A stretch of 37,421 nucleotides of DNA from Christensenellales bacterium. Its GTDB lineage: Bacteria > Bacillota > Clostridia > Christensenellales > UMGS416. The position numbers and the translations under genes are program-made. Of this stretch, positions 9,424 through 18,333 are shown one piece after another. Position 1 is the first letter of the stretch, and each line of letters starts with the position of its first letter. The stretch lies in assembly GCA_050942555.1 (NCBI GenBank), contig JBMNNN010000003.1:1-37421 (forward strand), given 5' to 3'. The notes beneath the pieces were generated by a model, which was given only the letters and a program-made list of their open reading frames with translations, made no database searches and had not been told where the DNA came from.

Positions 9424-10938
9424 TCATTGACCGAAATCCCGCCGCGTGTACACCGGCTCCATCGCCTGCACGATCTGCCTGTACACGGCGAAACGCTCCT
9501 CGTAGAGCGCATGGGTGCGGGGATCAGGCTCGATGATCCGATCGATACGCACGCAGCGCTCCACCGCCTCCTCGGGGCCCGCGAACACGCCCGCGCATAC
9601 GCCGGCCAGCATCGCCGATCCGAAAGAGGAATCGTTGGCGCGGGGAAGCTGCAGCTCCATGCCCAGCACGTCGGCCGTGATCTGCCGCCAGACCGGGCTT
9701 TTGGACGCCCCGCCGATGAGACGCGCGTTCTCCACGCGGATACCCTGCTCGGTAAATACGCTCAGGCAGTCGCGCAGCGAGAAGGCGACGCCCTCCATGA
9801 CGGCCCGGCTGAAATGCGCCTTCGTGTGGCCGGCGCTGATGCCCGTGAAGCTGGCCCTCAGGTGCGGGTTGCGGTACGGCGTCAGCTCGCCCAGCAGGTA
9901 CGGATGGAAAAACAGCCCTTCGCAGCCCGGCGCGATGGTCGCGGCCGCCGCGCTGATGGCCTCGTATGCATCGGGCCCGCCGCGCGCTTCTTCGAGCTTC
10001 TCCAGCTCGCCGAACACATCGCGGTACCAGCGCATCGACGCGGCGCAGCTCTTTGTAGCCGAGCCGGGATACCACAGCCCCGGCACCACGTGCCTGTAGG
10101 TGACGAACATCGGATGCGGATGGGGCTGCCGCGTGATCGCGCAGATGCGTCCGGCCGTCGCAAGCTTTACGGTCGACTGCCCCTCGCGCACCGCGCCCGT
10201 TCCGAATACCTCCATCACGGTGTCGGTCGCTCCGGCCGCCACCAGCGTCCCCTCGGCAAGCCCGGTCTCGCGCGCGGCTTCCCGCGTCACTTTTCCCGCT
10301 TCGGCAAAGGGCGGAAGCGCTTCAGGAAGAACCGATGGATCCAGTCCCGCCAGCGCGCACAGCTCGGGGCTCCAGCGATCATTTGCCACGTCATAGAGCA
10401 TCGAGCCCGCCGCGTCGATCGTGTCGGTGCAGATCCGTCCGGTCAGCCGCCAGCGGATGTAGTCCTTGGCAAATAATATATGCCCGATGCGCTCAAACAC
10501 GTCGGGCTTGTGATTGCGTATCCACAGAAGCTGCGGAAGCGTCCAGAGCGTATCAGGCCGGTGATAGGTGACCTCGAAAAGCATATCTCCATACCGCTCG
10601 TCCAGCCAGGCGCTTTCCCGGACGCTGCGCTGGTCGGTCCACAGGATCGCGCGATCCAGCACCCGGCAGTCGCGGTCCATGAGCACCGCCGTATGGGTCG
10701 CGGCGTCCACCGCGATCGCGCGGATGTCCGACGACCGCACGCCTGACTTGCCCAGCAGGCTGGAGAGTCCCTCGCACACCGCGCGGTACCAGTCTTCGGG
10801 ATCCTGCTCGGTCCATGAGACCTCGGGATAATAGGTCGGATACTCGACCGTGGCCGATGCGACCGGTTGTCCCGACACGCTCAGCAGCGTTTCCTTGACG
10901 CCGCCCGAGCCGATATCGATGCCCAGCAAATACTCCAT
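9424..10938 (-). CDS. FGGY-family sugar kinase (xylulokinase-like)
   Basis: LLGIDIGSGGVK, EQDPEDW, ILWTDQRS, KDYIRWRLTG, PYLLGELTP, RAVMEGVAF; start MEYLL at 10938. Confidence 0.88.
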   Translation of the reverse strand: MEYLLGIDIGSGGVKETLLSVSGQPVASATVEYPTYYPEVSWTEQDPEDWYRAVCEGLSSLLGKSGVRSSDIRAIAVDAATHTAVLMDRDCRVLDRAILWTDQRSVRESAWLDERYGDMLFEVTYHRPDTLWTLPQLLWIRNHKPDVFERIGHILFAKDYIRWRLTGRICTDTIDAAGSMLYDVANDRWSPELCALAGLDPSVLPEALPPFAEAGKVTREAARETGLAEGTLVAAGATDTVMEVFGTGAVREGQSTVKLATAGRICAITRQPHPHPMFVTYRHVVPGLWYPGSATKSCAASMRWYRDVFGELEKLEEARGGPDAYEAISAAAATIAPGCEGLFFHPYLLGELTPYRNPHLRASFTGISAGHTKAHFSRAVMEGVAFSLRDCLSVFTEQGIRVENARLIGGASKSPVWRQITADVLGMELQLPRANDSSFGSAMLAGVCAGVFAGPEEAVERCVRIDRIIEPDPRTHALYEERFAVYRQIVQAMEPVYTRRDFGQ

Positions 10939-10952
10939 TTCCGCACCGCCTT

Positions 10953-11906
10953 TTATGATTGACGGTAGTGGCGGACCCGCTCGTCGATCTGCGTGGGGTC
11001 GAACGTCCCCCGCTCCAGGAATTCGTCCACCATGGCCCGCGTCGGGATGCCCGCCCGGCCGCCTACCCGGGTACACTTGATGGCCGAGACCGCCGAGGAG
11101 AACCGGGCGATGCGCGCCCCGTCCCATCCCTGCAGCAGTCCGTAGAGAAACGCGCCGTGGTACACGTCGCCCGCGCCGGTCGTATCGACGACATCGACGT
11201 TCGTGAAGGCCGGCTGCTGTACGAACTGCCCGTCCATCACGCCCGCGCTTCCGCGCGCGCCCAGCGTCACGAACACGATCGAAGGCCCCTTCTTTGCCAG
11301 CGCGAAGCAGTTGCGCTCATACTGCTCGTCGTCGAAGAGCTTCGCGTACACGAACTCCGACATGATGAGCACGTCGAGCTTCAGGATGAGCGCGGGCAGC
11401 GTGTCCCGGTAGCCGTCGGCGTCGTATGCGACGCGCACGCCCGCCTCCCGGGCCCACTCTATCGCCTGCCACGGCACATCGTCGGCCGAGCTTAGGTGCA
11501 GATAGCGCGCGGATCTGATATAGCGGCGGTCCTCCTCGTCCAGCGCGAGCGGCTCAAACGGCTTTCTGTGGACGAGGAACGCCCTTCCGCGGGTTTTGAG
11601 ATCCGACAGGCACACGCAGTACGGCGTCGCGCCGCCCGCAACGGTTCGCATCCTGCTTGCGTCGACCCCGTTATAGGCAAGGTCTTCGAGGCAGAAACGG
11701 CCATGGTGGTCGTCGCCCACCTGTCCGATAAGGCCCGCCGAACCTCCCAGCCGCGCTACGGCTACCAGCGCCGTGGGCACCTTGTTGCCGCCCTGCTGGC
11801 TGAAGGAGCGGATCGACTGCTTGCTGTCGGGCATGGGCATTTCGTCGATCACGATATTGTAGTCGAAAAATGGAGTGCCGATACCGGCGACATCGACGCG
11901 GATCAT
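10953..11906 (-). CDS. PfkB-family carbohydrate kinase
   Basis: ARLG...IGQVGDD, VTLGARG, PfkB signature DTTGAGD. Confidence 0.9.
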   Translation of the reverse strand: MIRVDVAGIGTPFFDYNIVIDEMPMPDSKQSIRSFSQQGGNKVPTALVAVARLGGSAGLIGQVGDDHHGRFCLEDLAYNGVDASRMRTVAGGATPYCVCLSDLKTRGRAFLVHRKPFEPLALDEEDRRYIRSARYLHLSSADDVPWQAIEWAREAGVRVAYDADGYRDTLPALILKLDVLIMSEFVYAKLFDDEQYERNCFALAKKGPSIVFVTLGARGSAGVMDGQFVQQPAFTNVDVVDTTGAGDVYHGAFLYGLLQGWDGARIARFSSAVSAIKCTRVGGRAGIPTRAMVDEFLERGTFDPTQIDERVRHYRQS

Positions 11907-11920
11907 CGCTCTGCCTCCTT

Positions 11921-12775
11921 TTACAGACGGAATCCGGCGAGGTTGAGCACCCGCATCTTGGCCCTTATGAATTCGATCATGCCGGGCCGTATCTCTTCCA
12001 CCGCCGACTTGTATGTTTCTCCGGGCTTCCCGCGCTTCATGACGCCGTAGAGGCCCTTGTAGAACGTCTGGAAATATTCAGTAGCCACATTGACCTTACG
12101 TATACCGCGGCGCACCGATTCGCGCACCTGCTCGTCGGGTATGTGGGAGCTTCCGTGCAGCACGAGGGGAATATTTACCCGCTCGTGTATCTCGCTGAGC
12201 CGATTAAAATCCAGCACCGGGGTGCTGATGTAGTCCCCGTGCGCGTTTCCGTAGGAGATGGCCAGAAAGTCGACGCCCGTTTCCCGGACGAATCGCCCGG
12301 CCTCGTCGGGCACTGTGAACTTGTTGGGGTTGTTGACGTCGTCGGGATTGATGCCCCGGCCGACGAAACCCAGCTCGGCCTCGACCTCTACGTCCATCGC
12401 GTGCGCCGCGCGCACCACCGTGGCGGTGTCGCGCAGGTTGTCCTCCAGAGGATGCGCCGAAGCGTCGATCATCACCGACAGGTATCCGGTGCGAAGGCCC
12501 CACATTGCCTGATCCACCGATTTGCTGTGGTCGAAATGCAGGCCGACTGGGACCCATGTTTTCGCGGCCTCGTACCGGGTCAGCAGCGCCACCGCTTCGG
12601 CCGGTATGAACGACTCGTAACCCGGGTAGTACATGATGATGACGGGCAGCCGCTCGGCCTCGGCCGCCCGGATTGAGCAGTGTATGGTTTCGTAGTTGAG
12701 CACATTGGTCGCCAGCACCCCAAAGCCGTTATCCTGGGCCAGCCTGAGTATGGCGCCGGTTTTCATGAGTGGCAT
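11921..12775 (-). CDS. Class II (metal-dependent) ketose-bisphosphate aldolase family protein
   Basis: LHFDH, SVMIDAS, VEAELG, GNAHG, PLVLHG, KVNVAT. Confidence 0.88.
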   Translation of the reverse strand: MPLMKTGAILRLAQDNGFGVLATNVLNYETIHCSIRAAEAERLPVIIMYYPGYESFIPAEAVALLTRYEAAKTWVPVGLHFDHSKSVDQAMWGLRTGYLSVMIDASAHPLEDNLRDTATVVRAAHAMDVEVEAELGFVGRGINPDDVNNPNKFTVPDEAGRFVRETGVDFLAISYGNAHGDYISTPVLDFNRLSEIHERVNIPLVLHGSSHIPDEQVRESVRRGIRKVNVATEYFQTFYKGLYGVMKRGKPGETYKSAVEEIRPGMIEFIRAKMRVLNLAGFRL

Positions 12776-12796
12776 TCGTTCACTCCTCCTGCCGCT

Positions 12797-13876
12797 CTAC
12801 AGCGCGGCGCGCCCGATCACGTCGATGAGGGTCAGTACTTCCTGCCCGGTCTTGCCCGTGAGCAGCAGTGCGTCCTCGATATCGCCTGTCACCAGCGCCT
12901 GCGCGCCTGTTTCCGACGCTTCGGCGGCACGCCCGGCCACAAGCGCGGCCGACTCTGCCGGATACATCGCGGCCAGCAGCAGCCCGCCGGTCGTCCGGGC
13001 ACGGCTCCCGTGCCACTCCATCTCGGTCAGGGCTGCGCCCAGCTGGGAGAGCACGGCGCGGGGCTGATCGGTCATAGCGAGGTAACGGGCCATGATGTCG
13101 GAGTCGTGGTAGGTGACCGACAGATCCTTAGCGTTCACCTTGATGCTGCCGTCCTCCACCGCGTCCATCAGTATTATCACGACAGGCACGATACCAAAGT
13201 CGTTCTTGCAGCCGATTTCGTCGGATAGCAGTCCGAGTACGTACGCGTCCAGCGTCGACAGCGTCGCGATGGTCCGGACGCCTTTGGCCCCAGCCAGATC
13301 CAGCACCTGCCGGGCCACGCGCTGCGCGTCCTCACGAAAACCGAGCCGGTAGAGCTGCGCGAAGCCCGACGGCGCGCCCGCGACATAGGCGCACTGTATG
13401 CCCGCCCGGTCCATCAGCGCGGCGGCCTGCGTGAAATACCGCTCGATCTGTGCGTCGGGATACGCGCCTTTATAGAGCAGCACATTGGCGTCGCCGTTCT
13501 CGGCCGATGAAAGAACCTGCTGTCCCGGATCGGCGATCATCCCGTTTTTAAGCAGCGCGTCGCGAAGCGCTGTGATGTGCGCGGGTGCCAGTTCCCGTTC
13601 GACCATGTCGAAACGGGCCTCCTGCACGTACGCGGGCGGATTCCAGTTGCCCTCGCACCAGTCGGCGCAGTAGCCGCACATGCAGCACCTGTATACCGTA
13701 TCATCGAGATCCGCGCTGTAGGGAATCGTACCGCGGAGCACATAGGAAAGCATGAGTCCGCGGGACCGCGGGTTTACGACCTCGCTGCCCGTAACCCGGG
13801 CCATGCTGCATATATGCCGGCACATGAAGCAGAACCGGCAGCTATCAATATCCTTTTGAACCTTCTTGATGTTCAA
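12797..13876 (-). CDS. Fe-S oxidoreductase subunit (GlpC/GlcF/HdrD-like): two 4Fe-4S motifs plus degenerate CCG domains
   Basis: CRFCFMCRHIC, NPRSR, CCMCGYCADWC, then a CCG-type scaffold (VTYHDS). Start probably TTG 13876 (alternative GTG 13897). Confidence 0.8.
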   Translation of the reverse strand: MNIKKVQKDIDSCRFCFMCRHICSMARVTGSEVVNPRSRGLMLSYVLRGTIPYSADLDDTVYRCCMCGYCADWCEGNWNPPAYVQEARFDMVERELAPAHITALRDALLKNGMIADPGQQVLSSAENGDANVLLYKGAYPDAQIERYFTQAAALMDRAGIQCAYVAGAPSGFAQLYRLGFREDAQRVARQVLDLAGAKGVRTIATLSTLDAYVLGLLSDEIGCKNDFGIVPVVIILMDAVEDGSIKVNAKDLSVTYHDSDIMARYLAMTDQPRAVLSQLGAALTEMEWHGSRARTTGGLLLAAMYPAESAALVAGRAAEASETGAQALVTGDIEDALLLTGKTGQEVLTLIDVIGRAAL

Positions 13877-13893
13877 TGTATGTCCACCGCCTT

Positions 13894-15321
13894 TCACAGT
13901 CCAAGTTTACCGGGGTTCATAATGCCATCGGGGTCGAGTGACTTTTTGATCGTTTGCAGCACCTTGAATCCCGAGCCGTACATTTCCCGCATCGCGTAGC
14001 TGAGCTTGAGGCCGATGCCGTGGTGCTCGTTGAGCAGCGCGCCGTTGTCCACGGCGATGTGCATGCACTCGTTCCAGATTCTGTTGTAGAGACGGGTGGC
14101 CTCGTCAGGATCGGCCGGCACGTAGTCAGGATGGATGATGAAGCGGTCGTACATCATGCAGCCCCAGTCGTACCAGTGGGAGAAGTGGGCGATGAAATGC
14201 GTGCCCGGGAAGCTCTCGGCGTGCTCCTTCATCCGATAATAGATATTTTCGATCTTGTCATAGGTCGCGACGACGTCCATCGTGCCGAACGCCTCGGGCA
14301 GGTCCATGATATAGGGCGGGTAGTAGAACTTATAGCGGTTCTCCCACCAGCTCTCGCCGAGGCGCGGCCCCAGATCCTCGGTGGCCGTCTCGAGGCATAT
14401 TTCGGCGGCAATGCGCTCCTGTATCTCGACGATATCCTTGTAGCCGTCGAATCCGTATACGAGATACGCCCCGGTACGGTCGATGCCCAGCACCTTTTTG
14501 ATCTGGTGGACAGTCTCGTTCTCGTCGTACACACGGATGACCGCGGGCTGCAGGCGATTGACCATGATGCGGCGCCCCGCGTCGAGCGCGTCGTGGGTGT
14601 TGCGGAACATGAATGCGCGGAATTGCCGCTCCTCGGGTATCGGGAACAGCTTGATCGTGGCTTTCGTCATGATGCCCAGCGTACCCTCGGAACCCACGAA
14701 CAGCTGGTTGAGGTCGGGGCCCGACGAATGGCGCGGCACCGGGGGCGTCTCGATGATTTCGCCATTGGGCAGCACCGCCTCCAGCGAAATAATGAGATCC
14801 TCTATCTTGCCGTACTTCGTGGAAAGCGTGCCGGTCCCGCGGTGCGCAAGAAAGCCGCCCAGCGTCGAGCAGGATATCGAGGCCGGGAAATGCATCGTGG
14901 ACAGATTGTGGCGGTTCACCTCCCACTCGAGATCCTGGTGAATGATGCCGGTCTGCGCGGTGACCGAGTAGGCGAGCTCATTGACCTCGAGCACCTTGTT
15001 CATACGCTTCGTATCGAGTATGATGCCTCCCTGTGCGGGAAGCGCCCCGCCCTGGGAACCCGCGCCGCCTCCCCAGACGACGAGCGGCATTTTATAGTAT
15101 CCTGCGATACGGACGATCGCCGCGACCTGCTCGGTCGTCTCGGGGTAGACGATGAAGTCGGGCTGATGCGTCAGCCGGCCCCGGTCGGCCCAGACCCTTG
15201 GAACCCAGTAGTAGTCCACCGAATGGACGATTTTCTCGGCCTGACTGGTGTGGACATGCTCCTGCCCCACCACGTCGGCGAATTCCGAGAGAATCATACT
15301 TTGCATGTAATTCCTGTCCAT
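13894..15321 (-). CDS. FAD-linked oxidoreductase, VAO/GlcD family (alkyl-DHAP synthase/YgcU-like branch)
   Basis: WGGGAGSQGG, TLGGFLA, STKYGKIED, GSEGTLG, AHFSHWY, EHHGIG, LDPDGIMNPGKL. Confidence 0.87.
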   Translation of the reverse strand: MDRNYMQSMILSEFADVVGQEHVHTSQAEKIVHSVDYYWVPRVWADRGRLTHQPDFIVYPETTEQVAAIVRIAGYYKMPLVVWGGGAGSQGGALPAQGGIILDTKRMNKVLEVNELAYSVTAQTGIIHQDLEWEVNRHNLSTMHFPASISCSTLGGFLAHRGTGTLSTKYGKIEDLIISLEAVLPNGEIIETPPVPRHSSGPDLNQLFVGSEGTLGIMTKATIKLFPIPEERQFRAFMFRNTHDALDAGRRIMVNRLQPAVIRVYDENETVHQIKKVLGIDRTGAYLVYGFDGYKDIVEIQERIAAEICLETATEDLGPRLGESWWENRYKFYYPPYIMDLPEAFGTMDVVATYDKIENIYYRMKEHAESFPGTHFIAHFSHWYDWGCMMYDRFIIHPDYVPADPDEATRLYNRIWNECMHIAVDNGALLNEHHGIGLKLSYAMREMYGSGFKVLQTIKKSLDPDGIMNPGKLGL

Positions 15322-15342
15322 GGTGCCACCTTCCCTATGCGT

Positions 15343-16191
15343 TTAATACTTCGTCTTTTCCAGCGCTTTTTCGATGCTTTGCATGGTGTCGAGCGCCTGA
15401 TCCTCGCGGTGGATGCTGACCCAGATATAGAGCGCGTCGATGAGCGCGAGCTGCGCGATGCGCGACGAGAGCGACAGCACGCGGTATTTGACTTCCTCCG
15501 ACGCCGTGAAAAGCGCATAGTCAGCCACCCGGGTGATCGGCGATTTCCCGTATGTGCACATGCATACCGTCGCCGCGCCCCGCTCGCGGGCCACCGCCAG
15601 CGCGTCCACGACGCACCGCGAGCTGCCCGAATGGGATATGCCGACGGCCACGTCGCCGGGCCGCATCGTCGCCGCGTGAATCTGCTGCATGTGCGAATCG
15701 GTGTGCGCCGCGCTTTCGATGCCGGCGCGCACCATCTTGTGCGCCGCGTCCAGCGCGACCGAAGCGGAATTGCCGCTGCCGAAGAAATATACCTTGCGCG
15801 CCGCGCTGATGAGCTCGGCCACGGCCTGGAGGCTTTTTTGATCCAGCACGCGCTTCGTATAGTCGAGGGTTCCCACGATGCTGCCGATTTCCTTGCTGAA
15901 TATGTCGGCCGCCGAGTCCTCCTTGGATGCCTCCTCGAATATCCGCTCAATCGGGTCATTGATCTCCTGCGCAAGGGAGATCTTGAAGTCCTGGTATCCG
16001 TTAAACCCCAGCTTCTTGCAGAAGCGCACGATCGTAGCCTCGGCGGTGTCGCAGTTCTCGGCGAACTCGACGATGGACAGCCGGATGATATCCCGCGCGT
16101 TGGCGCGGATATAATCGGCGATCTTATGGTCCGACGCGCTGAATATATGCTCGAGCGAATCCATTCTGTACAGGATTGCGGATTTCTCCAT
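15343..16191 (-). CDS. MurR/RpiR-family transcriptional regulator (HTH + SIS)
   Basis: EATIVRFCKKLGFNGYQDFK, FFGSGNS, ISHSG, SRIAQL; start MEKS after GGAGG. Confidence 0.92.
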   Translation of the reverse strand: MEKSAILYRMDSLEHIFSASDHKIADYIRANARDIIRLSIVEFAENCDTAEATIVRFCKKLGFNGYQDFKISLAQEINDPIERIFEEASKEDSAADIFSKEIGSIVGTLDYTKRVLDQKSLQAVAELISAARKVYFFGSGNSASVALDAAHKMVRAGIESAAHTDSHMQQIHAATMRPGDVAVGISHSGSSRCVVDALAVARERGAATVCMCTYGKSPITRVADYALFTASEEVKYRVLSLSSRIAQLALIDALYIWVSIHREDQALDTMQSIEKALEKTKY

Positions 16192-16232
16192 CGTCTCCCT
16201 CCTTTGACCGCGCATAGCGTTCCGCCTGTATG

Positions 16233-16294
16233 ATGATAGCATATATGAACATGTTTTTCAATATATCAATCGATAATCATGAAAATTATTTTTA
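16233..16294 (-). promoter_or_regulatory. sigmaA promoter of the rpiR operon with two palindromic operator candidates
   Basis: TTGAAA-17 nt-TATCAT (16261 to 16233). Imperfect palindromes TGAACATGTTTTTCA (16246-16260, overlapping -35) and TGAAAATTATTTTTA (16280-16294). Confidence 0.7.
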
Positions 16295-16408
16295 TGCCGG
16301 ACAGCCTGGGAGCCGGAATTTACCGGTTTCCCACACAATCCAAATATTTACGTACGATTCTTTTCACAGGAACGTGACGAAACCGGAATACTATTCAATG
16401 GACGGGTA

Positions 16409-16417
16409 TGCTATAAT
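16409..16417 (+). promoter_or_regulatory. Extended -10 promoter element for the plus-strand lipoprotein
   Basis: TGcTATAAT about 32 nt upstream of the GTG start. Confidence 0.55.
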
Positions 16418-16449
16418 GTCTATATTCCAGTTGCAGGAAGGGAACCGCT

Positions 16450-17628
16450 GTGAAAAAGATCATTCCGTCGCTAATCGTCATGCTGGCCGTCGCCATTTTT
16501 TCGGGATGCGCCCCGCGCGTCGCCGATCCGGCGCTGTTCGGGCAGTGGGATCTCATCGGGGGAACCGGCAGCGAACGCCTGGTCATCGAGGAGGACGGCG
16601 GCGCATTCTTTGACGACGAGGCTGTCAAATGGGAGATTACCGATGCGGGTACGCTGGAAATAGCCGACTCGGCGCGCAGGAAGAAAACCTATCGGTACGC
16701 GGTGGAGGGCGCGTTGCTGACGCTGACCGCAGAAAGCGGGCAGGACGCGCGCTACGTGCATCCCGACCAGTTTCCCGGGGATGCTGCCCAGCATGAGCAG
16801 CTCGCCGGGCTGTGGACCGATGAGGGCGGACGCCTGACGCTGTATTTCGAGGCGGACGGCGACGGGACCCGCTACGGATGGGTCGAGGAGCCCGACGCGG
16901 GCTTCACCTATGCGGCCGCCGACGGGAGGATGCGCATGACGTTCCACGGCGGAGCCGGGCAGTGGGTGCAGTACGCGTTCGCGGCCGACGGCACCCTCGA
17001 GGTGCTCTTCGAGCATGCGCCCGACGGCGGACAGGCCAACCGCACCCTGTGGAAGCAGGCCGACTCGGGACGCATACGGGGCGACTACCAGGTACTGTGC
17101 GACAATCCCCCGTCGGAGGACGGCCCGGGCATCGGGAAAATCTCGTTCGACGGACAGGGCGGCTGCGCGATCGACAACGTATACGGAAGCTACCAGCTCT
17201 TTGAAAACAATGTCGTCATCATAAACGCCCGCGGCACGCACCTGTCGCTCGCGACCGCAAGTCCCGTGGAGGGTTTCCTGACGCTCGGCGAAACAGGACT
17301 TGACCACGAATACGTCGCGGTGCGCGAGGATCCGGCGCTTGCCAATCCCGCCGCGCTCGAGTCGCTGGCCGGAATATGGTCGGACGCGGACGGCTCGCAC
17401 ATGCTGCAAATCTCGCCCGGCATCATAAGCCGCGTCGTCTGGGATGACTTCGAGGGCCAGGTAAACCTGACCGTGGTGGGCGGCTTCCTGCGGGCCGAGC
17501 CTGCCGGGGAGATGGGCGACCCATTCTATCTGTGCTATAAAAAGGTGGGCGCGGTGCTCTATGTCGCAAAAAGCGCCGCGTATCCGGAAGGATACGAGAG
17601 CTGGATTCCGCTGGAGAAGCTCTACTAA
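16450..17628 (+). CDS. Lipoprotein of unknown function with about four repeated beta-rich domains
   Basis: Signal MKKII...FSGC; recurring L/I-x-G-x-W/Y domain starts (LFGQW, LAGLW, IRGDY, LAGIW). Confidence 0.8.
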   Translation: MKKIIPSLIVMLAVAIFSGCAPRVADPALFGQWDLIGGTGSERLVIEEDGGAFFDDEAVKWEITDAGTLEIADSARRKKTYRYAVEGALLTLTAESGQDARYVHPDQFPGDAAQHEQLAGLWTDEGGRLTLYFEADGDGTRYGWVEEPDAGFTYAAADGRMRMTFHGGAGQWVQYAFAADGTLEVLFEHAPDGGQANRTLWKQADSGRIRGDYQVLCDNPPSEDGPGIGKISFDGQGGCAIDNVYGSYQLFENNVVIINARGTHLSLATASPVEGFLTLGETGLDHEYVAVREDPALANPAALESLAGIWSDADGSHMLQISPGIISRVVWDDFEGQVNLTVVGGFLRAEPAGEMGDPFYLCYKKVGAVLYVAKSAAYPEGYESWIPLEKLY

Positions 17629-17631
17629 CGT

Positions 17632-18333
17632 CTACCGGAAATAACCCAGCGCGATGCAGGCGGCGTTCAGTACGGCGTACGTGACGCCTGCCAGCACACG
17701 GCTGGGCGCCATGCGCTTCTCGATCAGCATACCCAGCGTGCGTCCAGCCAGGTATCCGCCGATAAGTCCTCCCACGTGGCCCAGTATATCGATATAGGGC
17801 TGGAAGAATCCCATCGCCAGATTGATGCCCACGTAGAGCAGCGTCTGCACGCCGAATATGAAGTTAAAGAGCCGCCTGTCGTATTTCCGAAAGGCCAATA
17901 TCGCGCCGAACAGCCCGAATACCGCGCCCGACGCCCCCAGAGAGCTGTGCGACGAAAACGCGTAGCCCAGCACACAGCCTGAGAAACCCGCCATGAGCAG
18001 TATTCCGGCATACTTCGCGCGGCCGTACAGCGCCTCCACATAGCGCCCCCATATATAGACCGCCAGGCAGTTGAAAAGTAGATGGGGCACGCTGCCGTGG
18101 AGAAAGACGGGCGTGATGAGCCGCCACCACTGCCCGGCGGTGATGAGCGGATTGATGCGCATGCCGTACCACGAGAGCACGCCCAGCGACCAGGTCCGCT
18201 GCAGCCAGTAGGACGTGACGATATCGATGCCATACACCGCCACGCACGCGAATATGAAGCCCCATGTCACCGCGGGCTTTTTTGTATTGATCGAAAAGCC
18301 CCGGAATGGCTGCCAGGAACCTCCCCCGCTCAC
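17632..18333 (-). CDS. Rhomboid-family intramembrane serine protease
   Basis: WWRLITPVFLH, HLLFN, GASGAVFG, GHVGGL. Confidence 0.92.
   Translation of the reverse strand: MSGGGSWQPFRGFSINTKKPAVTWGFIFACVAVYGIDIVTSYWLQRTWSLGVLSWYGMRINPLITAGQWWRLITPVFLHGSVPHLLFNCLAVYIWGRYVEALYGRAKYAGILLMAGFSGCVLGYAFSSHSSLGASGAVFGLFGAILAFRKYDRRLFNFIFGVQTLLYVGINLAMGFFQPYIDILGHVGGLIGGYLAGRTLGMLIEKRMAPSRVLAGVTYAVLNAACIALGYFR

Noticed and set aside
8572-12775. Calling the operon a standard myo-inositol (iol) cluster
   Set aside because: iolG, iolE, iolD and iolA are absent from the window, and the kinase does not look IolC-like.
13954-16233. 759-aa plus-strand ORF
   Set aside because: Mirror frame of the FAD oxidoreductase and rpiR; no recognisable domain or RBS.
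16230-16613. 127-aa plus-strand ORF in the divergent promoter region
   Set aside because: Spans AT-rich promoter/operator DNA and overlaps the lipoprotein out of frame.
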